Shown: positions 10,301-21,519, numbered from the stretch's first letter. The stretch is 64,000 nt of DNA from Mytilus trossulus (GCF_036588685.1 NC_086379.1:48484001-48548000), one strand, 5' to 3'. The notes: generated by a model from the letters alone, not told the origin. A program made the numbers and translations.

Positions 10301-13300
10301 CCAGTGGGTAGTTGTATACTTTTTCCCATATCTCGTGTGTATACCGAAAAATACTCAGTTTTTATACTCATGTAATTCATGGATCTATTTTTCTTTTGTT
10401 AACTCTGTCCGAGCACGTTTTCTAAATTTTTAAAATACACCGCTCGGGTATCATTTGTACCCGTAAGTTAAAACAGAATTAAGGAATGAAGAGAGGGCAT
10501 GCAAAACCAAATTTCTATAGCATGTGTGTGAGGTTTTTTTGTGTTTTTTTGTTTTTTGTTGTTTTGTTGTTGTTGTTTTTTTTGTGGGGGGGGGGGGGGG
10601 GGGTCATTTAAATTTGAATTTAGTTTTATTTTAAAGATGTAGAGCATACCCTAATTTTTTTCACGTACAGGGACAAAATCGAAATGTTTTTAAGATGGAT
10701 TTATTTCATAAAGGGTGATGGTGGACATAGACCTCCATTTTGTTGAAACAATAAGTTGATTGTTTATGGAATCACTGTTACGGCAGTCAGAAGTCCCCAC
10801 TGCTTCACCCCATGAAATTCGAAATTTTTTTTTTTTTATATATGATATATATTACGGTTTCGAAAATATTGCTAAGTACATTAAGATGTTGAGAATAAAC
10901 TTTCTGTAATAATTTGTTTTAGTAAAGATTGTAGGTTTTTTTCACAAATGCCCTAGTTTGTATATGGATTCCTGGGGGGGGGGGGGAAACTACCCTCCCC
11001 CCTTTTGTTTTCTAAAAGGGAAGTGAAAAAAATGTTAATTTCACATCAAAATAGATTTTTTTTATCAAACCATAAGCATACGTAATCAAGGGGTCTGGAA
11101 AGAGAGATGTAAGCGCATAATAAGCTGAAATATTAGTAAACATTTTATTGAAAAAAAGGATTTTGTAAAATGATTTGTTTTGTGAAAATATGTGCTTACA
11201 ATGCTACCCTTAGTCTTGTGCTATGCCATTGAAACCTTGATCATGTTTTGTTAGAGTTTAAAACATACTGTTGTATCCAGATTCATTAAAAGATAATTAA
11301 AGATTAAGTAGAGGATATTCTTGGATCACCGAAATATTTTTTTTCCAATGCTCATCCGTCAAAACATCAACCTTAAAAAGCGTTGTCTTATATGCACCAA
11401 TTGTTCCTCATTATACTATGTTACGTTCTATTGAACTGTTTTACATACCAATATCAATGTAACCCCAGCTCTTTAAAATAAAAGCATGCATTGATCAATA
11501 AATTTAAATAATCATAACAAACTTTAACACGGATGAGTACATGTGATGAGCTAGTATATATAATACGGTAATTAGAGAAAGGTTAAAATTTAAGTATTCC
11601 TTAGTTCAGTGAAGACTTAAGTAAGTTTATGCATACCGCTTAAGAATTTTACTTAACTAAGGAAATTCTTAGTGAAATTTAAGTTTAAGGAATACTTAAG
11701 TTAAGACGTTTTATGCATACGGCCCCAGATGTATAAGATATTTCGTTATACTTATTCAACTTGAAGAGAAACAAGTAAAACCATCGCTTCATTAATGAGC
11801 GTAAATGTAGACAATTTTAAGATGAAAGAAAAGTCGCGTTCCCAAAATCTTTTTTCTATATTGGGAAAATATTAAAAACAACAAGAATACTTAATTCAAA
11901 ATAATTTTACATTAATGTTCATATACTAGTATCTCACTGACCAAAGTTGAATCTAAAACCAATCAAATGCAATCAACCTTATAAGAACATTGTTGATAAA
12001 GATAAAAATACATTACGAAAATTGGAATAAGGAGTGTGTTTAAACAATGATTGACCAAATGAACATTAAATGTTTACTTCCTATATCAGTATCCGTTTAT
12101 GTCCACACACGTTAACATCTACAATGTATGTGAAAAAATCATAACAATACTGAACTCCGAGGAAAATTCAAAAAGGAAAGTCTCTAATCAAATGGTAAAA
12201 TCAAAAGCTTAAACACATCAAAGACTTCAAAGGAATGGATAACAACTGTCATATTCCTAACTTTGTACAGACATTGTCTTATGTAGAAAAGGGTGGATTT
12301 AACCTGGTTTACATTTCCTGTGTGAAAATAGCCATATTCGTGTATGGTAAAATCTTCTTAAACGAGCTGAAACCTCAATTTCTTAAAACATTTGAACGCC
12401 AAGATATAATTAAACAAGGAAAAATTCATAATACGCTGTTCTTTCATACATAGTGCTTAATAATTAGGAAAACACCACTGCTATGTACCTGTTCTATCAC
12501 TAAATACACGTTCAACATCCTGTATGGCTTTGAGAAGAATATCTTGTACAGGGTCTTGTTGTCTTTTGGTGGAACAAATTGGAACTAAGTAAAATAAAAT
12601 AAAACATTATCTTATGGTAGTATGATCATTAATGTAACACTAGTACCTTATATGTACATGCTGATGTCGTCGATAAAAAAAAAACAATGTGCACATACAT
12701 ACTTTAAAAATAATTGCAACTTTTTTTTAATTTGTTTCAATAAATTACACATTAAATTTTGCAATAGTTTCATAAATGCTTTAAGCCCTCAATGATACAA
12801 ATTCAGAATCGTTTAGGTTATAAAAATGATAGCCATTAACGTTTAAGTGTTCTGAGAACATTGTGGCTTATCCTATGTTCCCCTAAAACTTAAATTGTTG
12901 GCAAGTTTCTTTATTGATATTTGGAAATTCGCGAGGCTCCTCCTATGTTTTATTGTGTAACGTGTGTTATGCAAGTTTGTGATAGAAGTTGTTTTCACGA
13001 AGGCCTGTATGCACGATTGTACCTAATACTTTAATTTGATCATCCATGCGTTTCTTTTCATTTTTTAGAATACACAATGTTTGGCATACAAAGTTACTAG
13101 TTATCAAATCCACAATAATGAAAATAAACTCATCATAGATACCTGGATTGAAATTCGGTGTTTGCGCCAGACACGCGTTATGTCTATAAAAGATTCATTG
13201 GTGACGCTCGAATCCAAAAGAGTTAAATGGGCCAAAATAACGTATGAAGTTGAACAGCACCAGGGACCAAACATTCCTAAAGGTTTTGCCAATTAAAGCT

Positions 13301-16300
13301 AAATTTATCTATTCCCAAAGTTTTGTTATTAGTTAATTTATACTTATGACCATATAACTGATAAATTATACCAACACAGACGTGCTGACTACTAGGTTGG
13401 TAAGCAGCTTAAGTGATGGTTTGTTTAAATTACATGTGCATAGATGACAAATATTTTGATAGAAAAATAAGATAAATATAAGATAGAGCTTAGATTCCGT
13501 TGTATTATAGTACAGTTTTATTATACCATTACAATATTTATTTTTGGGCACAATCAAATTATACCGTTTGTAGGTGTTGATGAATATTCTAACAGTTCTT
13601 TTTCGTGTTTTATGACAACTGACAGCTTAGAAACATCTAGGTTTGCCATTAAGCTTTGCAAATGTTGAACAGCAGAAAATCCGTCGTCTGCCCTATTCGT
13701 TCCTGGTGAGGCAGTTAGACCTAAAATCTAAAATGTAAGTGTAAATACTTGTTGTCAAAATGAAACCAAATGGAAAAAAATAGTTCTGGAATACTTTCCT
13801 TGTGTAATTATCTATCTTATGTTCATCATATGGATGTAATGCATGTAAGTCAACATTGTAAGACTAATTAAGCAATCGTTACTAGGCATGATAGCTAAAT
13901 GATAACCCTTGACAATTGAAAGTGGAAAGTCTAGAGTTGATATATTCAAGTAAATGATCACCTCAAAAGTACCAATCTTATAGTGATCTTCTAGGCACAT
14001 CCAATAGCTTTGCTGGCATTGCTCCCAATAAAAATAACAACACACTTATGACATTAGTATACAAGATTTTCTATCTTTGTAACATGAGTAGTGTTTGTTG
14101 ATTGCATTGTTGTTGGGTTTTTTTGTAATAACATCTGGTGACAAACTATTCATACAGATTGACTGATTTGAATGGTTGGTAGTTAATTAACTGATTTTGC
14201 ATAATGTCCAATTTGATAAATTGATTGGCGATCTTCGAATGTGGAATCACCAAATGGGACTTATAACCGAGTGTTTTAAGTAACACGAAGGGTGCCACAT
14301 TTCCTAATCCTTCCAAGAGAATCTTATATAACCCCTATATTTGGTTTAAGTTAGTGTAAATCAGTATTTAGGGTTTTGTCTGTGTCGTGTTCTGATGGCT
14401 GTTTGTCTTTCGTCGTTTTCTTTATAGCGTTGTCAATGTGTTCTGCCTTTCCTTCAATAAACATGCGAAAAATGAAACACACATAAACGGATAATTATTT
14501 TCCTTATTTATATTTTTCAATATATAATAAAAAAATTGAGATATTGTTTTACCAGGAAGGTTGGGCAAAAAAGCATTGCGAAATTGTTCATAAATTTAAT
14601 TTCCTGTAAAGAAAAAATGATGTACTAGTATCAAAAAGAACAAAATACTTCATTACTATCTTAATTTGTCTTAACTTAATACAAATTCTTTGAAATAGCA
14701 TACCTATACAAGTTTAAATAACATTCGGTCGTCCCTCCGAAAAAATGTCATCAAGTGACTTAGCGTAATTCGATGATTAGTTTTAGAAACAAAAACAAGC
14801 TACGTACTATACTAACGATAAATAAATTCCTATTTCAAACTTCGTTTGAACTTTTACAAATGAATTCATGATGGACAAGAAAAAACATTTTTGTAACTCA
14901 ATACCTTCTTTGCATTTTACTCTTTTCCTTAAATCCAGATTTTAACTTATTATTTTAAAACAACTGGCAATTGCTGTTTGATAAGGTAACTCTAAATGCA
15001 TTGAATGTTGGTCAATAGTTTTTTAACATTCACCACTGTAATAGTACTACCGTTAATATTAGTTTAAATTGGACAATTATAATTTAACAAACCTGTGGGA
15101 TTTTCCCGGACTTCGTTTCAAACTTGTGTCTTCTGTAGTAATTCATGATATGATTGAAAGCATTTCGTCGCACAACATGGTGACATTCGTCCAGAATAAT
15201 CAGCGTCAGAAGATCCATCGAGATTGTATTTTCCGACTTTTCGTCCAGGTGATTATAAAGTGATTGTGGAGTACAGAAGAATAAAGATACACGTTGTATT
15301 ATGGTTGGAAAGGAGTCACATTCGCCCTCTAAACTTGCGTCCCATTTATAAATCTTTCCCTAAAATGTTAAATATGTTACAATATTAAATAATTACATTA
15401 CATGTATGTTTCACTATAATACGTTATTCTGATTGGGTAACTGTACATCACGTGTTATTCCTTAAACAATTGTATTATTCAATAAAAATTTGCATTCATG
15501 ATAAAATGATGTCCCATAAAAAAGTGCACAGGTGAATAAAATAACAGAATTTCTGAAATTCGTGTTTTCACGATTTTAGATAAAAAAAAAATGAATGATT
15601 CTTTTTGTAACTTCATAGGGTTGTAAAAGCGTTGACCGGCGCACATTTTTAGAATAAGCGCTTCTGCGCTTCATACAAAATGTACTTCGGTCAACTCTTT
15701 TACACCCTAAGTTACAAAAAAAAGCATTCAATTCTTAAATAAAAAATATTACTGCATTACACAAATCTTATTTTCTTAAATAAAAAATATTACTGCATTA
15801 CACAAATCTTATTTCTCATTATCAAAATATCGTCACATGAATTAATTCTCGTAATCAAAAATGTCTTCACATGAGTTATTTCTCATTATCAAAATATTGT
15901 CGCATAACTCATTTCTCATTATCAAAATATCGTCGCATAACATATTTCTCATTATCAAAATATCGTCAAATGGCTTATTTTGATTCTCAAAATATGGTCA
16001 CATGACCTTTTTTTAATTGATGCATTAGTATATTCTATACAAATAATCAATCAGAAAAGAAACTCTATGTGTATTGGTATTTTCTTTAAATGGAAATTTC
16101 TACAATGCATGCAATTCAAATGTTGCAATTATTAATATCTTCAATTGCCTATACCTGGAAATGTAGGTCTGTAAAAGTCCTGCATGCTCTGCTGTATTGC
16201 TGTTCTAACAGAACATTTGTCTTATTTATGAAAACGACTTTACCTACAATAGGAAAAATCATCCAGTATGTTAAAGTTTCACAACATGAACAAAATGATA

Positions 16301-19300
16301 ATAAATTTGAGTTTCACAACAACATGAACAAAATGATAATAATTTGAGTTTCACAACAACATGAACAAAATGATAATAATTTAAATGTCACAACAACATG
16401 AAAACAAGAGGCTGTCACAACGAAAGCAAACTGGATTTATTAATATTTATTTGTGTCCTGCCAATATCCCAAGAACCATAACTGATGAACGGTAAAAGTG
16501 AAAATCGTGACATCCATTTTGTCATCAGTATCAACATATTAAAATTTGAAAAGCTTAGGTTGAATGGTTCATGAGTAAATACAACAACATGAATGGAAAC
16601 GCCATTTTTCGATCTTTCAACAACCATAACTCCTGAACGGTAAAAGTCAAAATCGACATTATTGAACTTGACCTCCATTTTCTCATCAGTAACGACATAT
16701 ACAAATTTGAAAAACTTTGGTTGAACAGTTCATGAGTAAATGCACGGACATGATTGGAAAAGCCATTTTTCAATCTTTCAAGAACCATAACTGATGAACG
16801 GTGAAAGTCAAAATCGTCATTATTGAACTTGACCTCCATTTCGTCATCAGTAACAACATATACAAATTTGGGAAGCTTTGGTTGTGCAGTTCATGAGTAA
16901 ATGCACGGACACGACTGGAAAAGCCATTTTTCAATCTTTCAAGAACCATAACTGATGAACGGTAAAGTCAAAATCGTCATTATTGAACTTGACCTCCATT
17001 TTGTCATCAGTAACAACATATAAAAATTTGGGAAGCTTTGGTTGTACAGTTCATGAGTAAATGCACGGACACGACTGGAAAAGCCATTTTTCAATCTTTC
17101 GAGAACCAAAACTCCTCAACGGTAAAAGTCAAAATCGACAATATTTTAATCTTGACCTCCATTTTGTCATCAGTAACAACATATTAGAAATTGAAAAGCT
17201 TTGGTTGAACAGTTCATGAGTAAATGCACGGACACCACTGGAAAAGCCATTTTTTAATCTTTCAAGAACCATACATGTAACTCCTGAACGGTAAAAGTCA
17301 AAATCGTCATTATTGAACTTGACATTTTGTCACCAGTAACAACATATTTATATTTGGGAAGCTTTGGTTGAATGGTTCATGCGTAAATGCACGGACACGG
17401 CTGGAAAAGCCATTTTTTAATCTTTCAAGAACCATTACACTCCTGAACGGTAAAGTCAAAATCGTAATTTTTTAACTTGACCTTCATTTTGTTGTCTGTA
17501 ACAACTTATTGAAATTTGAAAAGCTTTGGTTGAATGGTTCATGAGTAAATGCACGGGCAACATTTGCTTGTCGCCCGCCCGCCCGCCATACATCCCTAAA
17601 TCAATAACCGACATTTGTCAAAAATCCGGTTAAAAATGATATTAATTGACATTTCAGCTATACTTCATCATATTAGTTCAGTTGTTTAACAATAGGAATG
17701 AGAAATTTATTGCATTAAGTTTAGAACTACATGTGTTGCGAATTAGTTTCTGTCAAGTTTAAAGATAATGTATCTTACCATTCGGGTATTTGATTAAATG
17801 GTCTTCAATTATATGATATGCAACATAAGTCTTTCCTGCATTGGTTCCAGCACAAATAATAGTGTTTTGACCTGACACAGCTATCTCAACAAGCTCTTCT
17901 TGATATTTTCGTAGTTCAATTAAACTTGGTTTCCTTTCTATAAGTTAAAGCAGAAAACAGTATAATTCTATTACTAATTGCAAAGCAATATTAACCGAAA
18001 AAAATCTACAAAATTCGAAGCAAGCTTTCATCATATCATTTTGTGATATTATATTTGTTGATGGGAGTTTTATATCATTGTCATGTTTGTTGGCATATAT
18101 CCCACATTCCCTCAGCTAGTGATAATATGGAAGTCAATTGTAAGAACATTTTAAGGACGCTATCACGAGTTATATACTCTGGAATGTCTGTGTAACACTG
18201 CTATGTTCTACTTTTCATAACCAAATTTCTATCCTCGATTCTTTAGAGATTACACCACTGAAATACATTCATTACCAAATGCATACTTTCTTTAGCAACA
18301 AGATCTGTTTGAATTCTTGGGTACAAGATCGACCCAGATTTTTGGGGGATTTGGGGTTGCTCATCTTTAGTTTTCTATATTAGATTTGTTGACTATTGTT
18401 AGTCGGCGTTTTTTGTTTTTACCATGCTGTTGTGATTCCGTCTCCAACTGCATAATGAGTTTGAATGTCCCTTTGGTGTATTCCACCCCTCTCCTGCAGA
18501 AGAAATTATGATAATTAGAATATGATACATGTACCCACCTGTGATTGATAGGACACAACAGCTTGTTTTACTCCCAAGTTTTAGTGTATATATGCCACTA
18601 TCTTCATTGGTAGATTCTAAAATGACAAGCTTGTAGACCTGGACATGTATACCATCGATTATATCACTTAAACATTCTTGTCTGCTTTTCTGGTCGTATA
18701 CAATTTCCTCATCATTCTTTAACCATTCTGCTATAAACTTTGACCCACCAACAATACATTGTAAGGTCACTGTATTGCCTTCAACACATGTTGTCTCCTG
18801 CAAAGGTTTGATGAAAACAACTGCAATGCAAAAAAAAAGTAGCAATTGATAAGCAGTCAAATCATTCGCAAAATAAGCAAAAATTATTTAAAATACAATT
18901 AAGATCCAGTATATTCAAACTCTAAAATTGCATCATTCTGTTGTATTTTTATAGAATGATTTAACTTTCTCTAATATATCTTGCTATATAATTTCTATGA
19001 AGGCAATGCACATTTATTGTAACAAATGTGAAACACTGAGGTGTCACTAATAAAGCTAGAACTGATCGAATTTCTGAGGAGAAGAGGTCAGCCTGTGGTT
19101 TCTTGTGGGGTTTTCGTTGATCAATATTAGTTTAATGTATTGTGGCGGATCTTTAATTTGCTTTCTTTGTCAAGCTTTTTTTTATAACTATTTTAACTAG
19201 AGGTATTTTCTAGAGAGAAAAACACAGTATTATCTTCTATTCACGTGGAAAACTTAAATAAAATAAAATGATAACGTTAGTGTGTCCGACTTAAATTACT

Positions 19301-20809
19301 TAAATTGCATTGATTCGGAACCCTCAAAACCAAAAATGTGTAAGTCAAGGATAAACAAGTACTTAATTTTGTCAAATATTACCACAGTAATACATACAAT
19401 TAAATTTTTGAAAAAAATATAACAACATTGTAATACTTACCGTTTTCAGTATCTTGCTTTTCTGATATACCCATGGATGTACAACAAAAATAAACAATGT
19501 TCATATACGGTCTTTGTTGATGATATAGTGAAAATAAAAAATTCGTTTCACTAGTAAAGAAAGTACTCATGCGCATTTATCTGTGCAGTTGATTTTCTGC
19601 TCTTTTTCTTAAAACAGGGTCTCACGTACTGTGAAAAATATGTGTTGTATTACATGTATAATATCTACATTTTGAATACTGGTATTATAATGGTATTGTC
19701 TTTTCTTGTTTGTAGATTTCTTGTACTATTCTATTGGTTTCGATATCGTTTTCTTTGGAATCGTAATCATATCTGATGAAATAAAATGCAGTCCTTTGAG
19801 ATAAAGTATGAAAAGTGTCGCAAAATGTGAATTGTATCATTCTTTCGTTATCATGTGTAAAAACACGATTTGTATCAAGAATGGCCTTTAACAATTATAA
19901 TAAAAATATAGACGGTGTGGCATTACTGTCTTATAATCCTGGTACTTTTGATAACTATTTGGGACAATTCTCTGCTGATGGCTGTCTAGTTGTTAGACGT
20001 CATAGAGCATTCAAGGAGTAAAATGGATAATTATTATTTTATTTACCTAATATGTATCTATTACGATTTCGATAAAGAACCTTGCCGCCTAAAGTCTTGG
20101 TCCATAATTTTGACGTTCTCAATATCAACTTGGATCTGACGTTTGACGGCCATAAAATTTATAAACCAAACTTACTCGCAAGATACTCCTTTAATTGTGA
20201 AATCTGTTCTTCATAGTCAATACCTCTGCTTTGCCATTCTTCAATTTCTTTCAAGTACTTTCGTTCAGTATCCTCATCCATACTGCAAATTCGCAAATCT
20301 TCAACCTCCAAAACAAAATCATTGTTCTTTTTATGACAAATGACCTGTAATCTGCTTGCAATTGCTCCAAATTCATCAAAATATTCCTGCAATTCCTGAT
20401 CGCTGACCTCTGTGTTTCCTCTGTGTATTATCTTATTTCTTCTTCTTCGGCATCTTTCAAGGTCATCACCTGTCTTCATTTGATGAGGTCGAGGGTCGGT
20501 TCTAGAATCCCACCCATCTGTTGGTTCCAAGGTAGAATAATGAATGTTTCTCAGAATTGTATAAATCAGTGGAATATCAAAATTCTTGTAAGATTCAGTG
20601 TTTACCGCTTCTTTAATTTTTGTCCAGTCTGATGATTTAAGACGGCAAAATAGATGAGGATTTGTTCTGCAACTGTAATCAATATTTTTAGGGTTTTCAT
20701 AATATAATAAAACTTCCTGTAGAAATCTGGGTATCAGATTTTGTGCAGCATGGCCAAGACGAGCGTAGTGTGTCTTTGTAGATACGACAGAACCACCAAC
20801 TGAGGCCAT
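1123..20809 (-). CDS. RIG-I-like receptor-type DExD/H RNA helicase with N-terminal DZIP3-like HEPN and Ig domains (11 coding exons in window, ~757 aa, continues past position 1)
   Basis: Exons 20809-20176, 19461-19441, 18820-18539, 17937-17779, 16243-16155, 15359-15093, 13727-13565, 12584-12489, 9747-9557, 2340-2196 and 1347-1123 join in frame with GT(GC)-AG sites. Motifs: LRKYQ, AGTNAGKT, TPQ, IILDECHH, ILGLTASPG, FVKTR. Motifs V/VI and the CTD are not in the window. Confidence 0.85.
1818..2121. mobile_element. Tc1/mariner-type MITE (~300 bp)
   Basis: TIR TACTAGTCAACAAAAGAAACG / CGTTTCTTTTGTTGACTAGTA, flanked by TA on both sides. Confidence 0.8.
2196..2340 (-). CDS. RLR exon: Hel2i, ending at a GC splice donor
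   Basis: LYVESLEMNSLLDI...IIDALK; donor AAG|GCAAGT keeps frame with the next exon. Confidence 0.75.
3270..3496 (+). repeat. Split direct repeat A1 (227 bp)
   Basis: Identical by eye to 7937-8163. Confidence 0.95.
3521..4297 (+). CDS. gag: Gag-like protein with CCHC zinc knuckle
   Basis: RNKKIRIADAS..GWGTVREYE..ASDSEDE block typical of DIRS-order gag; CHYCKQQGHWRKNC (CX2CX4HX4C). Confidence 0.9.
   Translation: MSESSPRLELNEDILLEGDNSLPPPNIHKAADKSSDLVDTVELFKTILDSKLGELKSELIQEQDCLKRKIKEDVTLKFKGEGNRIQYTFNEELLDTVNKLSKFIPNSNTQAYRLVLDITDKIKSRNKKIRIADASPTGWGTVREYESNAVASDSEDERKIRQAETRAIRTSKEKSKSRQQPYPKNPPRQQPAESYGNPAYAQHYQRNQQQPFRGSFARREPCSIDTCHYCKQQGHWRKNCPLLASLRSSNSNSTTYQK
3918..6353 (+). CDS. pol: Pol: reverse transcriptase + RNase H + Dam-like methyltransferase domain (true start uncertain; 5' part overlaps gag)
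   Basis: KRLILD, FDLKSGYFH, LAFGI, YLDD; RNase H YSDAS, RELKA, TDNQN, RKENEKAD; MT-like IDRFAS, DAF, NNWLVPP. Confidence 0.95.
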   Translation: MLPLLVGEPLGNTNPMPWLQILKMRERYDKLRPELSVPPRRSQNLASNLTLKIRLVNNLRNLMVTLLTLSIINVISNSPFVGASQGVSLAQSTRATTASNKATGEKTVLFSPVSGHPTATPQPTRSSKVGPERHSPVIVNDKYLDTINDQFSTCFVDNDYIESFLDQVQYFENCQSYDKFKGVKGRLACHVKYWENIGACPFVLDTIKNGYVIPFIDTPFKMYHRNNRSARQNTEFVTKSIEDLVQIGCVIKVPFQPYVVNPLSVATQKSGKKRLILDMSQLNKHIKREKIKFEDWKLAIQYFDKDMYLFKFDLKSGYFHLDICSQQQTFLGFQWEGQFYCYTVLAFGITTGPYIFTKCLRPLVKFWRGNGIKVVLYLDDGFGMSPDENTCNEQSSFVKRSLIDAGFLINEEKSVFKPVTELEWLGIVWNSKEYKLSITQRRVDDLIFSLNVILAKFPYVTARYLAQVVGRIISMTPVIGNVARIMSKFCYMEIESRIGWDIPITGYKPVEVLSELKFWLENVTMINYRNLCHYSKSSVVIYSDASNIAAGAYTVELENKIFHKMWTCSETVQSSTWRELKAIELALFSFKNSFTGKTIKWFTDNQNCVKIVNSGSMKENLHVIAKSIFSFCIQKGISIDIQWIPRKENEKADYISKMVDFEDWGVTHIFFNFLNDMWGPYSIDRFASVENRKVMRFNSLFWQPDSEAVDAFSQVWTNENNWLVPPINLVIRSIKHIIACKARGTLVVPKWISAAFWPLIFDKHLIYQDYVKDVIVFKNTDGIYKQGSNKNTIFGIEPFGSQVLAVLLDAS
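6353..6654 (+). repeat. Six-unit ~52-bp hairpin repeat array between pol and YR
   Basis: GACATGGCCCTARTAT-(variable)-ATATTKTAGCAGGCATGG units at 6353, 6404, 6457, 6506, 6558 and ~6617. Confidence 0.9.
6768..7783 (+). CDS. Tyrosine recombinase (no ATG at the N-terminus; probably entered through a splice acceptor at 6766-6767)
   Basis: GFLRFSE, SKTD, HSLRSGGAT, HGRW..AKDGY catalytic motifs. The frame is open upstream of the TTG at 6836 (DIFSVGHWSDF..) back through ttttacgtttttcAG. Confidence 0.92.
7835..7936 (+). repeat. Split direct repeat B1 (102 bp)
   Basis: Identical by eye to 8373-8474. Confidence 0.95.
7937..8163 (+). repeat. Split direct repeat A2
   Basis: Copy of 3270-3496 directly abutting B1. 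Confidence 0.95.
8373..8474 (+). repeat. Split direct repeat B2 (element 3' end)
   Basis: Copy of 7835-7936. Confidence 0.95.
9557..9747 (-). CDS. RLR exon: Hel2i
   Basis: ORF 9548..9748 (..RRYVHWIKETQ..HICLRLLE); strong ttttccttttcAG acceptor, GT donor. Confidence 0.8.
9872..11725. mobile_element. Non-autonomous TIR element, PIF/Harbinger-like termini
   Basis: GGGCCTGTATGCATAAA.. / ..TTTATGCATACGGCCC with CTTAAG-rich subterminal repeats; TSD not clear. Confidence 0.65.
12489..12584 (-). CDS. RLR exon: start of Hel2i insertion domain
   Basis: VPICSTKRQQDPVQDILLKAIQDVE; AG/GT boundaries, phase 1-1. Confidence 0.75.
13140..13330 (-). repeat. Degenerate copy of an interspersed repeat with a hammerhead-like core (same family as 32270-32610)
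   Basis: Reverse complement reads GAGCGTCACCAATGAATCTTTTATAGACATAACGCGTGTCTGGCGCAAA, matching 32422-32560. Confidence 0.55.
13565..13727 (-). CDS. RLR exon: motif III
   Basis: ILGLTASPGTNRA...HLQSLMANLDV. Confidence 0.92.
15093..15359 (-). CDS. RLR exon: motif Ic and DECH box
   Basis: FFCTPQSLYNHL...LTLIILDECHHVVRRNAFNHIMNYY...KIPQ. Confidence 0.92.
15605..15717. repeat. Long imperfect inverted repeat (hairpin)
   Basis: TTGTAACTT..AGGGTTGTAAAAGCGTTGACCG / CGGTCAACTCTTTTACACCCTAAGTTACAA. Confidence 0.7.
15810..16005. repeat. ~30-bp minisatellite
   Basis: TTCTCATTATCAAAATATCGTCRCATRA repeated about 6 times. Confidence 0.8.
16155..16243 (-). CDS. RLR exon: helicase motif Ia
   Basis: GKVVFINKTNVLLEQQYSRACRTF; TAG/GTATA boundaries. 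Confidence 0.85.
16404..17635 (+). mobile_element. Non-autonomous Helentron/HINE-like element with ~160-bp internal tandem repeats (~7 units)
   Basis: AACAAGAG start, repeated ACCATAACT..GAACGGTAAAAGTCAAAATCG.., GCCC microsatellite near the end; related reversed copy at ~58365-58915. Confidence 0.7.
17779..17937 (-). CDS. RLR exon: Q motif and Walker A
   Basis: Manual translation ERKPSLIELRKYQEELVEIAVSGQNTIICAGTNAGKTYVAYHIIEDHL; AG/GTAAG boundaries. Confidence 0.9.
18539..18820 (-). CDS. RLR exon: immunoglobulin I-set domain
   Basis: VFIKPL..EGNTVTLQC..EWLKN..YKLVI..EDSGIYT pattern; ttgcAG acceptor, GT donor, phase 1-1. Confidence 0.85.
19441..19461 (-). CDS. RLR 21-nt microexon (KKQDTEN)
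   Basis: tatatcAG|aaaagcaagatactgaaaacg|GTAAGT; phase 1-1, in frame. Confidence 0.55.
20176..20809 (-). CDS. RLR exon: DZIP3/hRUL138-like HEPN domain plus coiled coil
   Basis: ORF 20159..20809 with FDIPLIYTILRN, PTDGW and DDLERCRRRRNKIIH (RX4H). Donor GTAAGT after 20176 (phase 1). An acceptor TTCCAG just upstream of the ATG implies a 5' UTR exon. Confidence 0.8.
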
Positions 20810-21519
20810 GTTAAATAGTTAACGTCATTTCTCCTGGAATATAACGCATAACTAAACAATAAAGCATGACTATTTATAAAAAAAAAGTAGAAATTCAAAA
20901 TAAAATATGCAAGGGAGCAACCATTTAACTTCAAAGAGAGGGGGAATTACATTTTGTCTGAGACAGACGCTACATGTACCAATCCAAAAGTAAAATCACA
21001 AAAAAAAACGAAAATTCAGAAAGAAAAGTCCCTAATCAAATGGCAAAATCAAAGGCTCGTACACCTCAAACGAATGAATAACAACTGTCAAATTCCTGAC
21101 CTGGTACAGGCCTTTTTTATGTAGAAAATGGTGGGTTAAATCTGGTTTTAAAGCTAGCTAAACCTTTCACATGTAGGACATTCCCATAAAATTCCGTATT
21201 ATTGACAACGATGTGTGAACAAAACAAGCTGACATAACAGGTAAAAATGTCAAAAATAGTGGTACAGCAGTCATCGTTGTGTTATAATCCTAATCATTAC
21301 GTACAAAAACAAACAAATATGTCAACAAAGACAAAACAAAAAGGCATACAGACAAAGTTCCAAATATGTAATGGATTCCGAAGCAACACAAAACACCTTA
21401 CAAATATAGATTTATATGGTCTTCAATGCATTGTTCCACTGCTAAATTATTTATTCTACTTTCAAGTACACCTGGTACAATAAAAAACTTGATAATTAAT
21501 TGTTCAAATAATACTTTTG

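Noticed and set aside
16415-16839. Repetitive MEVKFNN.. ORFs
   Set aside because: Translations of the 160-bp satellite.
1123-17937. Dicer or FANCM instead of RLR
   Set aside because: Motif spacing, Hel2i and FVKTR fit RLRs better; not fully excluded because the C-terminus is outside the window.
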